A stretch of DNA of 32,000 nt from an uncultured archaeon (GTDB taxonomy: Archaea > Iainarchaeota > Iainarchaeia > Iainarchaeales > DATDZZ01): assembly GCA_964373795.1 (NCBI GenBank), contig CAYJVY010000001.1, positions 139,241 through 171,240 of the forward strand, read 5' to 3'. Made by a program: the position numbers and the translations under genes. Shown one piece after another: positions 9,701-19,200 of this stretch. The notes under the pieces are model-generated. The model did not search any database, had not been told where the DNA came from, and saw nothing but the letters and a program-made list of their open reading frames with translations. Position 1 is the first letter of the stretch. Each line of letters starts with the position of its first letter.

Positions 9701-10213
9701 AGCATAATCTGCTAAAATTAATGGAATAACTGTTGCACTTCCTCCTGCTGCTCTAATTGGTCCAGAAAAGTATACATCAATGTATTTAGTTCCATCCAGG
9801 TTTTTTGAAATTAATACTTTTGGCAATCCATCTAATGGAGATACAACTACTCCTTCAGTCATTAACACTAGTCCTGATTTAATTGCTAATTCAATTCTTT
9901 TCTGCAAATCAGGAATTTGAATCCATTTTTGTTCAATTAGTTCTCTAAAGATTTGAAACAAGGACTGCATTCTGTCTCCATTGTTTTCATTTAATACTTC
10001 TCTATATCTTTTAGCAATTCCTGGTGGGCCACAAATTTTTTCTGCTCTTTCAGCTAAATCAGTTACAGGTAATGATTCAACTTCAGTTGAAACGTCAAAT
10101 CCTTTTTCTCTAGCTTTTTTTGCTAACTCAAATTGCTTTTCAACTCTTGAAGAAATTAGTTCAAAGTATTTTTTTGTTTTTGCATCGCAAGGCCATTTAA
10201 TTTTTCCAATCAT
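6779..10213 (-). CDS. polC: DNA polymerase II (PolD) large subunit DP2, intein-free
   Basis: 1144 aa. N-terminus KYFELISSRVEKQFELAKKAREKGFD...LAERAEKICGPPGIAKRY is typical of DP2. Cys clusters are present (CMKCEKILPYYYCKECG, CNDC...CKGCG, CSKCNSKY...CTKCN), together with DGDQDS. Confidence 0.97.
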   Translation of the reverse strand: MIGKIKWPCDAKTKKYFELISSRVEKQFELAKKAREKGFDVSTEVESLPVTDLAERAEKICGPPGIAKRYREVLNENNGDRMQSLFQIFRELIEQKWIQIPDLQKRIELAIKSGLVLMTEGVVVSPLDGLPKVLISKNLDGTKYIDVYFSGPIRAAGGSATVIPLILADYARSLLDIDRYKPTEEEVERYVEEIMIYQTEIISRQYKVPEEEIKTIIRGCPICINGIPTEEREVSVHRNIDRIPSNRIRGGMALVVSEGVALKAMKILSWANQLSLDWKWLEKIIKVEKTADKITEITPTDKYLEGLAAGRPLLAYPSAFGGFRLRYGKARNTGCMAKAINPALMYLLDEFIAVGTHIRIERPGKAAQLFPCDSIDGPIIKLKNGEVIQVNSIELAEKLKPQLEQILFLGDILVTLGDFKKTAHPLVPSAYVEEWWIQDLKKAVTSNNFNVEIEKLIANNGRENELNFDFAFKLSKDFGIPLHPKFIYYYKILSKKDLIELINEFKNAEIESLDERIIQVKVSEKIKPLLELIGLEHKIIDGKIVIEEKHAKNVLTCFGFFNEKVLELVSENVLESLSKISGVKIMDKCGTFIGARMGRPEAAKERQMKGNPHILFPIALKGGPTRSINKAMNDIDKKSLQEGVIEVEIALFKCMKCEKILPYYYCKECGIRTMKVNSCNDCMRIVEGERCKGCGSINLSEFNKRKIELKKMLGEAVENLDERMPDLIKGVKGLFAESKIPEPLEKGILRGKHNIHIYRDGTSRFELLNAPLNFFKPKEIGLTVEKVKVLGYTVDFEGKEITSEEQLIELFPQDVIVNEKAGIWMLRMSKFIDELLEKFYKIEPYYKVNSKEELIGELVIGLAPHTSAGIVQRVIGFSKALLMWCHPYSVMCRRRNFDGDQDSIMLLMDSLLNFSQTYLSHKSGGRMDAPLVFTVALNPQEIDDEVYSMETCKEYPIELYEKSLNYETSFLNFISTVQKKLGKENQFTELNFTHSTTLFDAGPKQSMYTQLKEMEEKIKRQAELQFKIKSVKGKDALERVLRSHFFPDIIGNARAFTRQQFRCSKCNSKYRRIPLKGTCTKCNNELILTISQGTVRKYLEIAKQIIYNYDLSTYLKQRIELAELEIDSIFKDDKPSQKSLFEFV

Positions 10214-10227
10214 TCAAGGTCACGCCC

Positions 10228-10257
10228 CTTGAGTGCGAATCACTTGAGTGTGAATCA
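10228..10257. repeat. Direct tandem repeat 2 x 15 bp (CTTGAGTGCGAATCA / CTTGAGTGTGAATCA) in the DP1-DP2 spacer
   Basis: Read directly at 10228-10242 and 10243-10257, with one mismatch. Complementary segments CCTTGA/TCAAGG flank it at 10214-10220 and 10266-10272. It is locally more GC-rich than its surroundings. Confidence 0.8.
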
Positions 10258-10314
10258 AACACTCTTTCAAGGCAATTAATTAGTAAATAAATTTGAATGA
10301 AAGAAAATAAAAGC

Positions 10315-11847
10315 CTACTCTATTTTTTCATTAAAGAAATAGTTTTCAATTATTTTCATTGTTTTTAGTTCTAGCACTGGAACTACTCCTGGAGTAGGAG
10401 TGTGTCCTTTGCTTACTTGAAAGTCAGTTCTATTTTGCCAAGTGCCATTATTAATTATTAGTGTTCCTCTGTAATTTCCATATCCATTGTGATGCATGTC
10501 TCCACCTATATAAATATCTGGAGCGCTTTTTAATACTAGAAAATCTTTTTTTTCTGGAGCATAAGTTTGCCTTAAACCATAAGTTCCTCCAACAGTTCCT
10601 CTTCTTAATGCATCCATTATTGCTAGTTGAGGCTTGTTTGGATTTAAATAACTTAATTGAGAATAAAGGTCGTGTAATGCTCCTCCATGATATGCTAAAA
10701 CAGTTAATCCTTCTAATTCAATCCATGAAGGGTTTCCAATTAAATGGAAATTCTTTAATTCACTTAATTCTGGTAGAAACTCTTTTGCAATTGCTGGTTG
10801 AGGTTCAGCTCTTCTTACTGCATCGTGTTGTCCTGGTATTAAAAATACTTCAATGTATTCAGGGACTTGCTTAATTAATTCTTGAAACCTAGTGTATTGT
10901 CCGTAAATGTTTTGGATACTTAGTTCTTTGCTTTGCCCTGGATAGACTCCTATTCCGTCAACTAAGTCTCCTGTAATAATTAAATATTTTATTTTTCCAA
11001 CTTTTTCTTGTTCTTTTCTATCCCCAATTTTTCCATTCAACCATTCAATGAATCTAATGAATTCTTTTTCAAGAAAAAGTTTTGAGCCAACATGAATATC
11101 TGAAATAGTGCATAAACTTAAATCTCTTTCAGCTGTTTTTATTGGCTTCATTGGAAGCTCTGGATAAAACACTTGCTTTATTATTATCATGTCTCCTTGG
11201 CCTTTAATTCCCTTAATTCCTATTACATCATCTAAAAGAATTTTTTCTGCTTCCCTCATTAAACTTGCGTCATCTTTTAAAATTAATGCAATTGCCTCTC
11301 CTTCTAAATCCTCTACTTTAAAGCATACATGCCCATTTTTTGAAACCCATTTCTTTGAAACCATTGCAATTAAATCCACTTCATTTCCTTTACTGATTCT
11401 ATTCAATCTAGAAGTTGTTTTCGGATTTAATCCAATTCTTTTCTTTAAAACATTTTTTAATGAATCAAATTTATCTCTAAACAAGGAAACAAAGTCTTCA
11501 ATTATTCCTTCACTATTGCTTTGCCCTGTTACATCAAATTCTTGCAAAATTCTGTAATTTGGTTTAAGTTCTCTTGCAATTGGCTTAAAAAAATTTGAAT
11601 AAACTTCAACTTCTTTTTGCAACTCAATTTTGGTTTCTTTTCTAATTAAATAGTCTTGAACTATTTTTGTGTCAATTAAATAATTGTTTTTTTCAATTAA
11701 TTCATCTAATACTTGTTTAAAATTTTCTTTTTCTAACAAGACTTGAACTGCATCTAAAGTAATAATAATATTTTTTTGAGTTGCATAATCTATCACTTCT
11801 TTACTTGAAACCTGTTTTAAAACATTTACTGATTCCAAAGCAATCAA
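10315..11847 (-). CDS. polB: DNA polymerase II (PolD) small subunit DP1 (Mre11-like 3'-5' exonuclease), TTG start
   Basis: 510 aa with calcineurin-like phosphoesterase motifs: ISDIHVGS, ITGDLVDG, IPGQHD, HGG and GGDMHH. An OB-fold region lies upstream of these. Confidence 0.95.
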   Translation of the reverse strand: MIALESVNVLKQVSSKEVIDYATQKNIIITLDAVQVLLEKENFKQVLDELIEKNNYLIDTKIVQDYLIRKETKIELQKEVEVYSNFFKPIARELKPNYRILQEFDVTGQSNSEGIIEDFVSLFRDKFDSLKNVLKKRIGLNPKTTSRLNRISKGNEVDLIAMVSKKWVSKNGHVCFKVEDLEGEAIALILKDDASLMREAEKILLDDVIGIKGIKGQGDMIIIKQVFYPELPMKPIKTAERDLSLCTISDIHVGSKLFLEKEFIRFIEWLNGKIGDRKEQEKVGKIKYLIITGDLVDGIGVYPGQSKELSIQNIYGQYTRFQELIKQVPEYIEVFLIPGQHDAVRRAEPQPAIAKEFLPELSELKNFHLIGNPSWIELEGLTVLAYHGGALHDLYSQLSYLNPNKPQLAIMDALRRGTVGGTYGLRQTYAPEKKDFLVLKSAPDIYIGGDMHHNGYGNYRGTLIINNGTWQNRTDFQVSKGHTPTPGVVPVLELKTMKIIENYFFNEKIE

Positions 11848-11851
11848 CTAC

Positions 11852-12106
11852 TTATTTTACTTTTTCTTTTAATGCCTCTAAACTTGAAATAATAGTCCAA
11901 ATATCTGTTCTAGTATGAGAAGGCATGTTAATGTCATTACTTATGTCATCCAATAAATAAACAGCTGCACTTATCGTAGTAGAACTAATTTCTTTCTTAA
12001 TTTTTTCTTTTGCTTCTTCAACTGCTCTTCTAATATTTCTTGGAACACTATGATCGCCAATTAAGTTCTCCATTAATTCAATTAATTCAGTTGCTTCTGC
12101 AGTCAT
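11852..12106 (-). CDS. UPF0147-family protein
   Basis: 84 aa with DHSVPRNIRRAVEEA and MPSHTRTDIW blocks characteristic of archaeal UPF0147. A strong GGAGGTG lies upstream. Its stop is 4 nt from the DP1 start. Confidence 0.8.
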   Translation of the reverse strand: MTAEATELIELMENLIGDHSVPRNIRRAVEEAKEKIKKEISSTTISAAVYLLDDISNDINMPSHTRTDIWTIISSLEALKEKVK

Positions 12107-12160
12107 TCAACCACCTCCAAAAAGCTACAAATAGAGTTTAATTTCTTTAATTGATATGAA

Positions 12161-12817
12161 TTATTTTTCACGAACCCATTTTAAAATGATTTCCAGGTTT
12201 TTGAGTTGTTCTTGTAATTCATTTACCTTGCTTTGAAGAGTTTGAATATTCTTATTAGAGGTTTCCAATCTAAAATTTCTTAATTCTTGAGCGTATTTTG
12301 CAACTCTTTTATCTTTTCTATACACAATTGAAGTTAAAACAGTTTCAGTTAATTGTTTCCTGTAATCCAAGTCGTTTACAAACATTGAAATCATTGGCCT
12401 GTATTTTGGTTCGGCAATCATTTGAACAGGTAATTTAACTGATTCAACATCTTTTCTATAATCTTCATCAGTTAAAGACTTTGTTAAATGCTGCCAATAA
12501 AGTTTGTCAAAAAACTTGAATGCATGAGTTTTAACATTATAAATTTTAGCTAAATTAAATTTGTTTTCCCATTCAGATTTTTTTTTACTAAACATTTCAA
12601 GGTTTTTTTTTAATTCATTTATTTGATGCATTAACCTAAAAGGACTTGGATAACTAATTTTTGGCCATGCATCGTTTTGAGAAACAGCTGAAACAACTCC
12701 TCCTAACTTGAAATAGTTTTTTAATGCAGTTATTCTGGGATTATTTTCATCTATTTCCTTAATTGAAGGAAAAGTTTTTTGAAAAGTATCAAACGAAGAA
12801 ATTATTTCTCCAGCCAT
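12161..12817 (-). CDS. Hypothetical protein with a coiled-coil C-terminus
   Basis: 218-aa ORF, the first gene of the same-strand cluster with UPF0147 and PolD. No family recognised. Confidence 0.55.
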   Translation of the reverse strand: MAGEIISSFDTFQKTFPSIKEIDENNPRITALKNYFKLGGVVSAVSQNDAWPKISYPSPFRLMHQINELKKNLEMFSKKKSEWENKFNLAKIYNVKTHAFKFFDKLYWQHLTKSLTDEDYRKDVESVKLPVQMIAEPKYRPMISMFVNDLDYRKQLTETVLTSIVYRKDKRVAKYAQELRNFRLETSNKNIQTLQSKVNELQEQLKNLEIILKWVREK

Positions 12818-12884
12818 AACTTATTAATATCTTGACTCATTAATAAATTTAATGGATATTTATATTTTTATTAGAGGTGAATAA

Positions 12885-13217
12885 ATGTTTCCTGGAATAG
12901 GTGGAATGAATCCAACCCAAATGAAATCCTTAATGAAGCAATTAGGAATTAAATCTCAAGACTTGAAAGCAAAAAAAGCAGTATTCGAATTAGACGACAA
13001 GCTTTTAGTAATAGACAATCCTCAAATAACTTTAATTGAAATGCAAGGCGTTAAAACATTTCAAGTAATAGGAGAAGCAAAAGAAGAATCCAAAGGCTTC
13101 CCGGAAGATGACATTAAATTAGTTGCAGAACAAGCAAATGTTTCATTAGAAGAAGCAAAAAAAGCCTTGCAAAAAACAAATGGAGATATTGCTCAAGCAA
13201 TAAACGATTTAAAATAA
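12885..13217 (+). CDS. nac: Nascent polypeptide-associated complex protein (NAC domain plus C-terminal UBA)
   Basis: MNPTQMKSLMKQLGIK, a NAC beta-barrel region, and a C-terminal UBA-like segment VSLEEAKKALQKTNGDIAQAINDL. Confidence 0.9.
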   Translation: MFPGIGGMNPTQMKSLMKQLGIKSQDLKAKKAVFELDDKLLVIDNPQITLIEMQGVKTFQVIGEAKEESKGFPEDDIKLVAEQANVSLEEAKKALQKTNGDIAQAINDLK

Positions 13218-13219
13218 TT

Positions 13220-14614
13220 TTATTTTTCTTCCCTGAATTCTATTACAATTATTTCGTTCACTACTGCAATAAATTCAATTAATGCATTTAAGTCTTCTAA
13301 TTCTTTGTGTCCTACTTCAATAAATCCATTTACTTCATTTGATTTTTGTTTCAAGAAATAATTTTTGTCGTTAACTTGAATTTGATTTGAATCAAGTTCA
13401 GTTAAAGCTTGTTGTTTGAATTCCTTTAAAGAAGCATTTAATGGCAACAACTCAATTACTTGTTTTTTGAATTCAACTGCGTTCTTTGTTTTCAGGCTTG
13501 CATCAACTCCAATTAATTGTTTTGGTTCATTCAATTCATACTCTGAAAAATTTAAGTCACTAAATTTTTGTTTAATGCTTTGCTTTAATTCTTCATAATT
13601 TGCATCTAAATTAAACGCAACAAGTATTACTGGTTTGTTTAGAAGAGTATTTGCTTCAACTTTATTTACATCTTTCACTTCTTCCATTGCTTTACTTAAT
13701 TCATTTATTTTATTTGAATCAAATGAATTTAAATCAATTGAAATTATTGGATTAAATTTTTTTGCTTCAATTAAAACAGAGTTAACATCACTTAATTTTT
13801 CTAAACCTGTTTTAAATGAATTCACGTCTAATGTAGGCAATGTTTTTTCAAAAGTGAAAATAGTTCTAGGCTTTAATTCTTTTAACTTAATTGTTTTCTG
13901 AAATGACTCTTGAACAGGAGTTCGAGTAACATTGTTTACTTCAATTCCAATTATTTGCAGTAATTGTTCTCCATTAAAAGAAGCTTGTTCAACTAAATTT
14001 ATTTCATCTTGTTCTTCTGTTTCCAGTCTTACAAAACCTGGAACAATATTTGAATCAAATTCATGAATTCTTTGAATTGATTCATCTTCAGTTGAAATGA
14101 ATTTAACTTTTTTTGGTACTTCAATTAATGCACTGCTTAAAACCTCGAAATTAAAAAGCATTAAAGCTTTTTCTTGAATTTCTTCAACTATTTCTCTTTT
14201 AGTTCTTTGAGATTCATCTAACGAAATTTGTGCAACGTACAACAAATTTATTCCACTTAAACCTTGCTGTGGAAGCTGTCTGTAATTAGATGAAAGATTT
14301 GCTACTCCTTTTACTTGCAGTATTGCTGAATCAATTGATTGTTTTTCTGCTTCTTCAGTTCTAGCAGTTAAAATAATGTTTGGATTAATTTCTTGAACTC
14401 TTCCAGTTACTTCTTCTGATCTGAATACCTCTATTCTGTTTTGATTAATTAAAGGCAAGTTTTGATCCTGGTTTTGAGGGGGTTGTCCTCTTACATCTGT
14501 TGGATCTTGTTGATTGTCTTGATTATTTCCTGAACTTAATTGAATTCCAATTCCAATGCTTGAAGCCAAGAACAAAGCAACAATAAATAAACTCATTAAT
14601 TGTTTTGAATCCAT
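13220..14614 (-). CDS. Hypothetical N-terminally anchored extracellular protein
   Basis: 464 aa with an N-terminal TM/signal segment LFIVALFLASSIGIGI, then a Q/N/P-rich linker. The remainder is hydrophilic. No motif recognised. Confidence 0.6.
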   Translation of the reverse strand: MDSKQLMSLFIVALFLASSIGIGIQLSSGNNQDNQQDPTDVRGQPPQNQDQNLPLINQNRIEVFRSEEVTGRVQEINPNIILTARTEEAEKQSIDSAILQVKGVANLSSNYRQLPQQGLSGINLLYVAQISLDESQRTKREIVEEIQEKALMLFNFEVLSSALIEVPKKVKFISTEDESIQRIHEFDSNIVPGFVRLETEEQDEINLVEQASFNGEQLLQIIGIEVNNVTRTPVQESFQKTIKLKELKPRTIFTFEKTLPTLDVNSFKTGLEKLSDVNSVLIEAKKFNPIISIDLNSFDSNKINELSKAMEEVKDVNKVEANTLLNKPVILVAFNLDANYEELKQSIKQKFSDLNFSEYELNEPKQLIGVDASLKTKNAVEFKKQVIELLPLNASLKEFKQQALTELDSNQIQVNDKNYFLKQKSNEVNGFIEVGHKELEDLNALIEFIAVVNEIIVIEFREEK

Positions 14615-14764
14615 TTAAATCATTTAGAATAATACAATAATTAGTTTCATTACCTATTTTAATTTATTTTAATTGTTATTGCATTTATTTTTAAATCTTC
14701 TATTAAATTAATGTATATATAATTTCTTTAAAAACTATTTTTGAATTTTATAGATGGTGAATTT

Positions 14765-15463
14765 ATGGTGGAAAAAGGTGAAATGGTTTTAATTTCCTTT
14801 GAAGGAAAAGACCTTGTAACTGGAAAAGTTTTTGATACAACTAGTGAAGAAACAGCTAAAAAAGAAGGGATTTTCAGAGAAGGAAGCATATTCAAACCAA
14901 TTCCAGTTGTAATTGGAAAAGGAGAATTAGTTCAAGGCCTTGAAGAAGCACTTCAAGAAATGAAGATAGGAGAAGAAAGAGTTTTAGATATTTCTCCTGA
15001 AAAAGGTTTTGGAGAAAGAAACCCTGAACTAGTTAGAGTAATTCCTTTAAATGAATTCAAAAAAAGAAATGTAACTCCTGCAACTGGAATGGTTGTAGAC
15101 ATTAACAACATGTATGGAAAAATTCAAAGCATTTCAGGAGGAAGGGTTAGAGTTGACTTTAACCCTGATTTAGCTGGAAGAGCAGTTCAATACAAGTTAA
15201 AAATTGAAAAAAAACTTGATTCATCTGAAGAAAAATCTAAAGCCTTGTTTGAAAAATATTTTCCTTTCATGAAACAAGAGAATTGTAAATTAATTGGAGA
15301 TTGTTTTGAAGCAAGCCTTGACACTAAAATCGCGCCTCAAATAGGGCAATTAAAACATGTTTTCGCGCAAACCTTGCTTGAATTTGTTCCTGAAGTGAAA
15401 AAAGTTAAATTCGTTGAAGAATTCAACGAAGATTCATTTAAATCAAACAAAAACAAAAAATAG
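14765..15463 (+). CDS. FKBP-type peptidyl-prolyl cis-trans isomerase, long archaeal type with IF insert and C-terminal domain
   Basis: MVEKGEMVLISFEGKD...GKVFDTT...VIGKGELVQGLEEALQEMKIGEE...LAGR. I prefer the ATG at 14765, which has GGTGA 5 nt upstream. The ORF track's TTG start is at 14741. Confidence 0.9.
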   Translation: MVEKGEMVLISFEGKDLVTGKVFDTTSEETAKKEGIFREGSIFKPIPVVIGKGELVQGLEEALQEMKIGEERVLDISPEKGFGERNPELVRVIPLNEFKKRNVTPATGMVVDINNMYGKIQSISGGRVRVDFNPDLAGRAVQYKLKIEKKLDSSEEKSKALFEKYFPFMKQENCKLIGDCFEASLDTKIAPQIGQLKHVFAQTLLEFVPEVKKVKFVEEFNEDSFKSNKNKK

Positions 15464-15549
15464 TTTTAATTTTGAATTATTTGAGTAAGCTATTTAAACA
15501 TTTATGTTCCTAAAATTAATTGGTTCACCGACTAATTGTAGATGATTAA

Positions 15550-16173
15550 ATGAATAAAACCATGGAAACTGGGACAACAACTGTTGGCTTAGTATTCAAA
15601 GACGGAGTAATTCTTTCCTCTGATATGAAGGCTTCAATGGGGCATTTAAATTACGATGAAGAAGTGAAAAAAGTTTTCAAAATAACTGATTACATGGGAG
15701 TAACAATTGCTGGATCAGTTGGAGATGCTTTAACAATTGTTCGTTTTCTAAAATCCCATGCAAAACTGTTTGAAATTGAAAGAGAAGGAAGACTCACTCC
15801 AAAAGCAGCAACAGTATTCCTTTCAAATATTTTAAATTCTAATAGATATTATCCTTTCCTAGTTCAATTAATTGTTGGGGGATTTGTTGGCAAACCACAA
15901 TTATATGACATTGATCCAAGCGGAGGATTACTTGAAAGAAAAAAATTTGCAGTTACAGGAAGCGGAACAGAACTAGCTTTAAGTGTCTTAGACGACAACT
16001 ATAAAGATGATTTAAACGAAGAACAAGCAATTAAAGTAGTAGTAAAAGCAATTGAAGCTGCTAAAAAAAGAGACAATTATTCTGGCGGAGTAGCAATTAA
16101 TTTAATGATTATAAACAAAGACGGGGTAAAAGAATTAAATTTAAAAGAAGTAAAAAAATATTTAACAAACTAG
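15550..16173 (+). CDS. psmB: Proteasome subunit beta
   Basis: Short propeptide MNKTMETG followed by the catalytic TTTVGLVFKDGVIL, plus the GSG motif (VTGSGTELA). Confidence 0.95.
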   Translation: MNKTMETGTTTVGLVFKDGVILSSDMKASMGHLNYDEEVKKVFKITDYMGVTIAGSVGDALTIVRFLKSHAKLFEIEREGRLTPKAATVFLSNILNSNRYYPFLVQLIVGGFVGKPQLYDIDPSGGLLERKKFAVTGSGTELALSVLDDNYKDDLNEEQAIKVVVKAIEAAKKRDNYSGGVAINLMIINKDGVKELNLKEVKKYLTN

Positions 16174-16258
16174 ATTTTTTTTTAATTAAATTTTTTATTT
16201 TTCTGAATTTTTTTTGGATAGGCTTAATTAAACCAAAGTTTTAAAGAGAGTTGATTAA

Positions 16259-19200
16259 ATGGATTATATAAAGCAAATAAAGGACACTATTTTGGAATCG
16301 CTTCCAAAAGAAGCACTAGTTACTACAGTTGATTTAGAGGGCCCAGAAATAGCTATTTATACTAAAAACCCTAAAATGTTTTTTGAAAACCAAAACCTAG
16401 TAGCAAAAGCAGCATTTGATTTAAAGAAAAGAATTAACATTAGAACAGATAAAAGTCTTTTAACTGAAGAAAACAAAGCAGAAAAAACAATTAGAGAAAT
16501 TGTTCCACAAGACGCAGACATTAGAGACATTTCATTCAATCCAGCTTTTTCAGAAGTAGTAATTGAAGCAATTAAGCCAGGACTAGTAATTGGAAAAGGC
16601 GGAGAAACATCCAAGCAAATTATTTTAGAAACAGGTTGGACTCCAAACATTATTAGAGCTCCTACTTCTCCTTCAAAGATTTTGAAAGGCTTGCGAAACC
16701 ATTTACATAAATATTCTAGTGAAAGAAAAAAAATTTTGCAAGACATTGCAAGAAAAATTTATGCTGAACGATCCGAAAACGCTAAGAATTGGATTAGATT
16801 ACATGCTTTAGGTGCTTTCAGAGAAGTTGGAAGAAGCTGTGTATTTGTTGAAACCCCTTATACAAAGGTTTTACTTGATTGTGGAGTAAATGTTGCAAAC
16901 AACGCAGAACCATATCCTTATTTAGATGCTTTAAATTTTTCAGTTGACAGATTAGATGCAGTAATAATTTCTCATGCTCATTTAGATCATTCTGGAATGC
17001 TTCCATATCTTTTCAGACTAGGTTATAGAGGCCCGGTTTATTTAACAAAGCCTTCAAGAGACTTAATGTGTTTACTTCAATTTGATTATATTGATGTATT
17101 AGTTAAAGAAGGAAAAGAACCTCCTTACACTGAACAAGACATTAAAGAAATGATTAAGTACTGCATTACTCGTGAATACAGGGAAGTAACAGATATTGCT
17201 CCAGACATGCGTTTAACTTTTCACAATGCCTCTCATATTCTTGGCTCGAGTTCAGTTCACTTGCATATAGGAAATGGTCAACACAATTTAGTTTACTCTG
17301 GAGACATTAAATTTGGTTTTACTCGTTTATTTAATGATCTTGATTTAAATTTTCCAAGAATTGAAACACTAATAATTGAATCAACTTATGGATCTAAAAT
17401 GGATCTTCATCCTAAAAGAATGGATGCAGAAAAAAACTTAATTCAAGTAATTAAGGAAACAATTCAAACAGGTGGAAATGTTTTAATTCCAGTTTTCGCT
17501 GTTGGAAGAGCTCAAGAAATAATGCTTGTATTAGAAGAAGGCTATAAAAGAGGAGAACTAGATGGAATAAATGTTTACGTTGATGGAATGACTAAAGAAG
17601 CTTCAGCAGTTCACACTGCTTATCCTGAATACTTGAGAAGCAAAGTTCAAAGAAGAATTCTTCAAAACGATTCGCCTTTTACTTCAGAAATATTTAAAGA
17701 AGCAACTTGGGATCAAAGAGATGAAATTCTTGCAAAAGGTTCAGCAGTAATTCTTGCTTCTTCTGGAATGCTTACAGGAGGAGCTTCACTTGATTACTTA
17801 ACTAAAATGTCTTCAGATCCAAACAATACAATAGTGTTTGTTGGATTTCAAGGACAAGGATCAACTGGAAGAAAAATTCAATCAGGAATTAAAAGCTTTC
17901 CAATTACAGCTGAAAACAGTAAAACAAAAGAATTAGTAATCAATATGCGAGTTGAAACAATTGAAGGATTTTCAGTTCCATATGAAACAGATGTAATGAT
18001 TAAAAGAAATAATTTGTTTGAATTAATTGAAATTGGAAAACTAGCAGATGAATTTCTGCCAAAAACCTCTGAAGGTTTAGTGGAGTTAAAAAGAATTCAA
18101 GTTCCTGCATTTGATTTCAACGGAAAAATTTCTTGGCATGCTGTAAGCCATTTATTGAAGCATAAAAGTAAAGACAATCACTTGCTTTTTAAAACAAAAT
18201 CTGGAAAAGAAATCCAAGTATCTAAAGGGCATAGCCTGTTTTGCTTTAAAAATAAGGCAATTCAAGCCTTGCCTGCAAACAAATTAACTACTGGCTCTCA
18301 CATTGTAATTCCAAATAAATTGCCTGAATCTCACTCAATTCATTCAATTCAATTCCAAGAATTTGTTGACAATAAAAATTATGTTTTAAACGAAGAGCTT
18401 AACAAATTTGAACCAATGAAAGGTGGAAACAAAAAATCCTTTTTAATTTCTGAATGCAAGGATATGAAAAAACTTGCAAGGTTTTTAGGATATTATATTT
18501 CTGAAGGAAACATTGAAAAAGGAAAAGGCAATAGAGCAATTTTAAGCTTTGGAGCACATGAAAAAAACTTAATTGAAGATGCAATTGATTGCAGTAAAAC
18601 TTGTTTTGGAATAACTCCAACCATTCATAAGCCTCACAAAACCGAAACACAGCTAAGGATCCATAATAAAATGTTGGTTGAATTTTTGGAACAAATTGGT
18701 TGTGGTGAAAGAGGTTCAAGCAAAAGAGTTCCAAAAATTGTTTTAAATTTTTCAATTGAAGTTCAAAAAGAATTCTTGAAAGCATATTTTGAAGGCGATG
18801 GTTATATATACAAGAATGGAGGAAAAGGTTATCTGGCTGCAAAATCCATTAGCAAGAAACTTGTTTCAGATCTTTCCTATCTTCTTTTACAACACGGAAT
18901 TGTTCCAAGAATTAAAGGTCCAATAAAAGAAAAAGCAAGGGAATTGAATGGTAATTTCTTGAAAGAATCAATTATTTTCAAAATATATTTGTCTGAAAAA
19001 GACTTTACAAAAATTCAAAGAAATATTGGCATTGCTCCGTTTGCATTGCCTTTAATTGAAATTAATTTGAGGAGCTGGTATACTGCAATATCTAATCCAA
19101 AACTAAGAAAATTAGCTAATGCTTACATTAACGCTCTTGAAAAAAAAGGAAGAAGCTATATTGGATTACATGTTTTGAGACAGTTTTTGAATGCCTTAAA

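Noticed and set aside
6779-10213. Intein in PolD DP2
   Set aside because: The length (1144 aa) and continuous DP2-like sequence show no Hint or LAGLIDADG insert.
6966-11557. Multiple 73-137-aa ORFs on the plus strand inside polC and polB (6966-7187, 7953-8222, 8250-8660, 9159-9506, 9981-10232, 10461-10874, 11189-11557)
   Set aside because: They are antisense to very well supported PolD genes. Their composition is low-complexity and rich in Leu, Phe and Ser, typical of reverse-frame translation. None has a recognisable motif.
13416-13901. Plus-strand ORFs 13416-13598 and 13635-13901
   Set aside because: They are antisense to the 464-aa anchored protein and have Phe/Ser/Asn-rich shadow composition.
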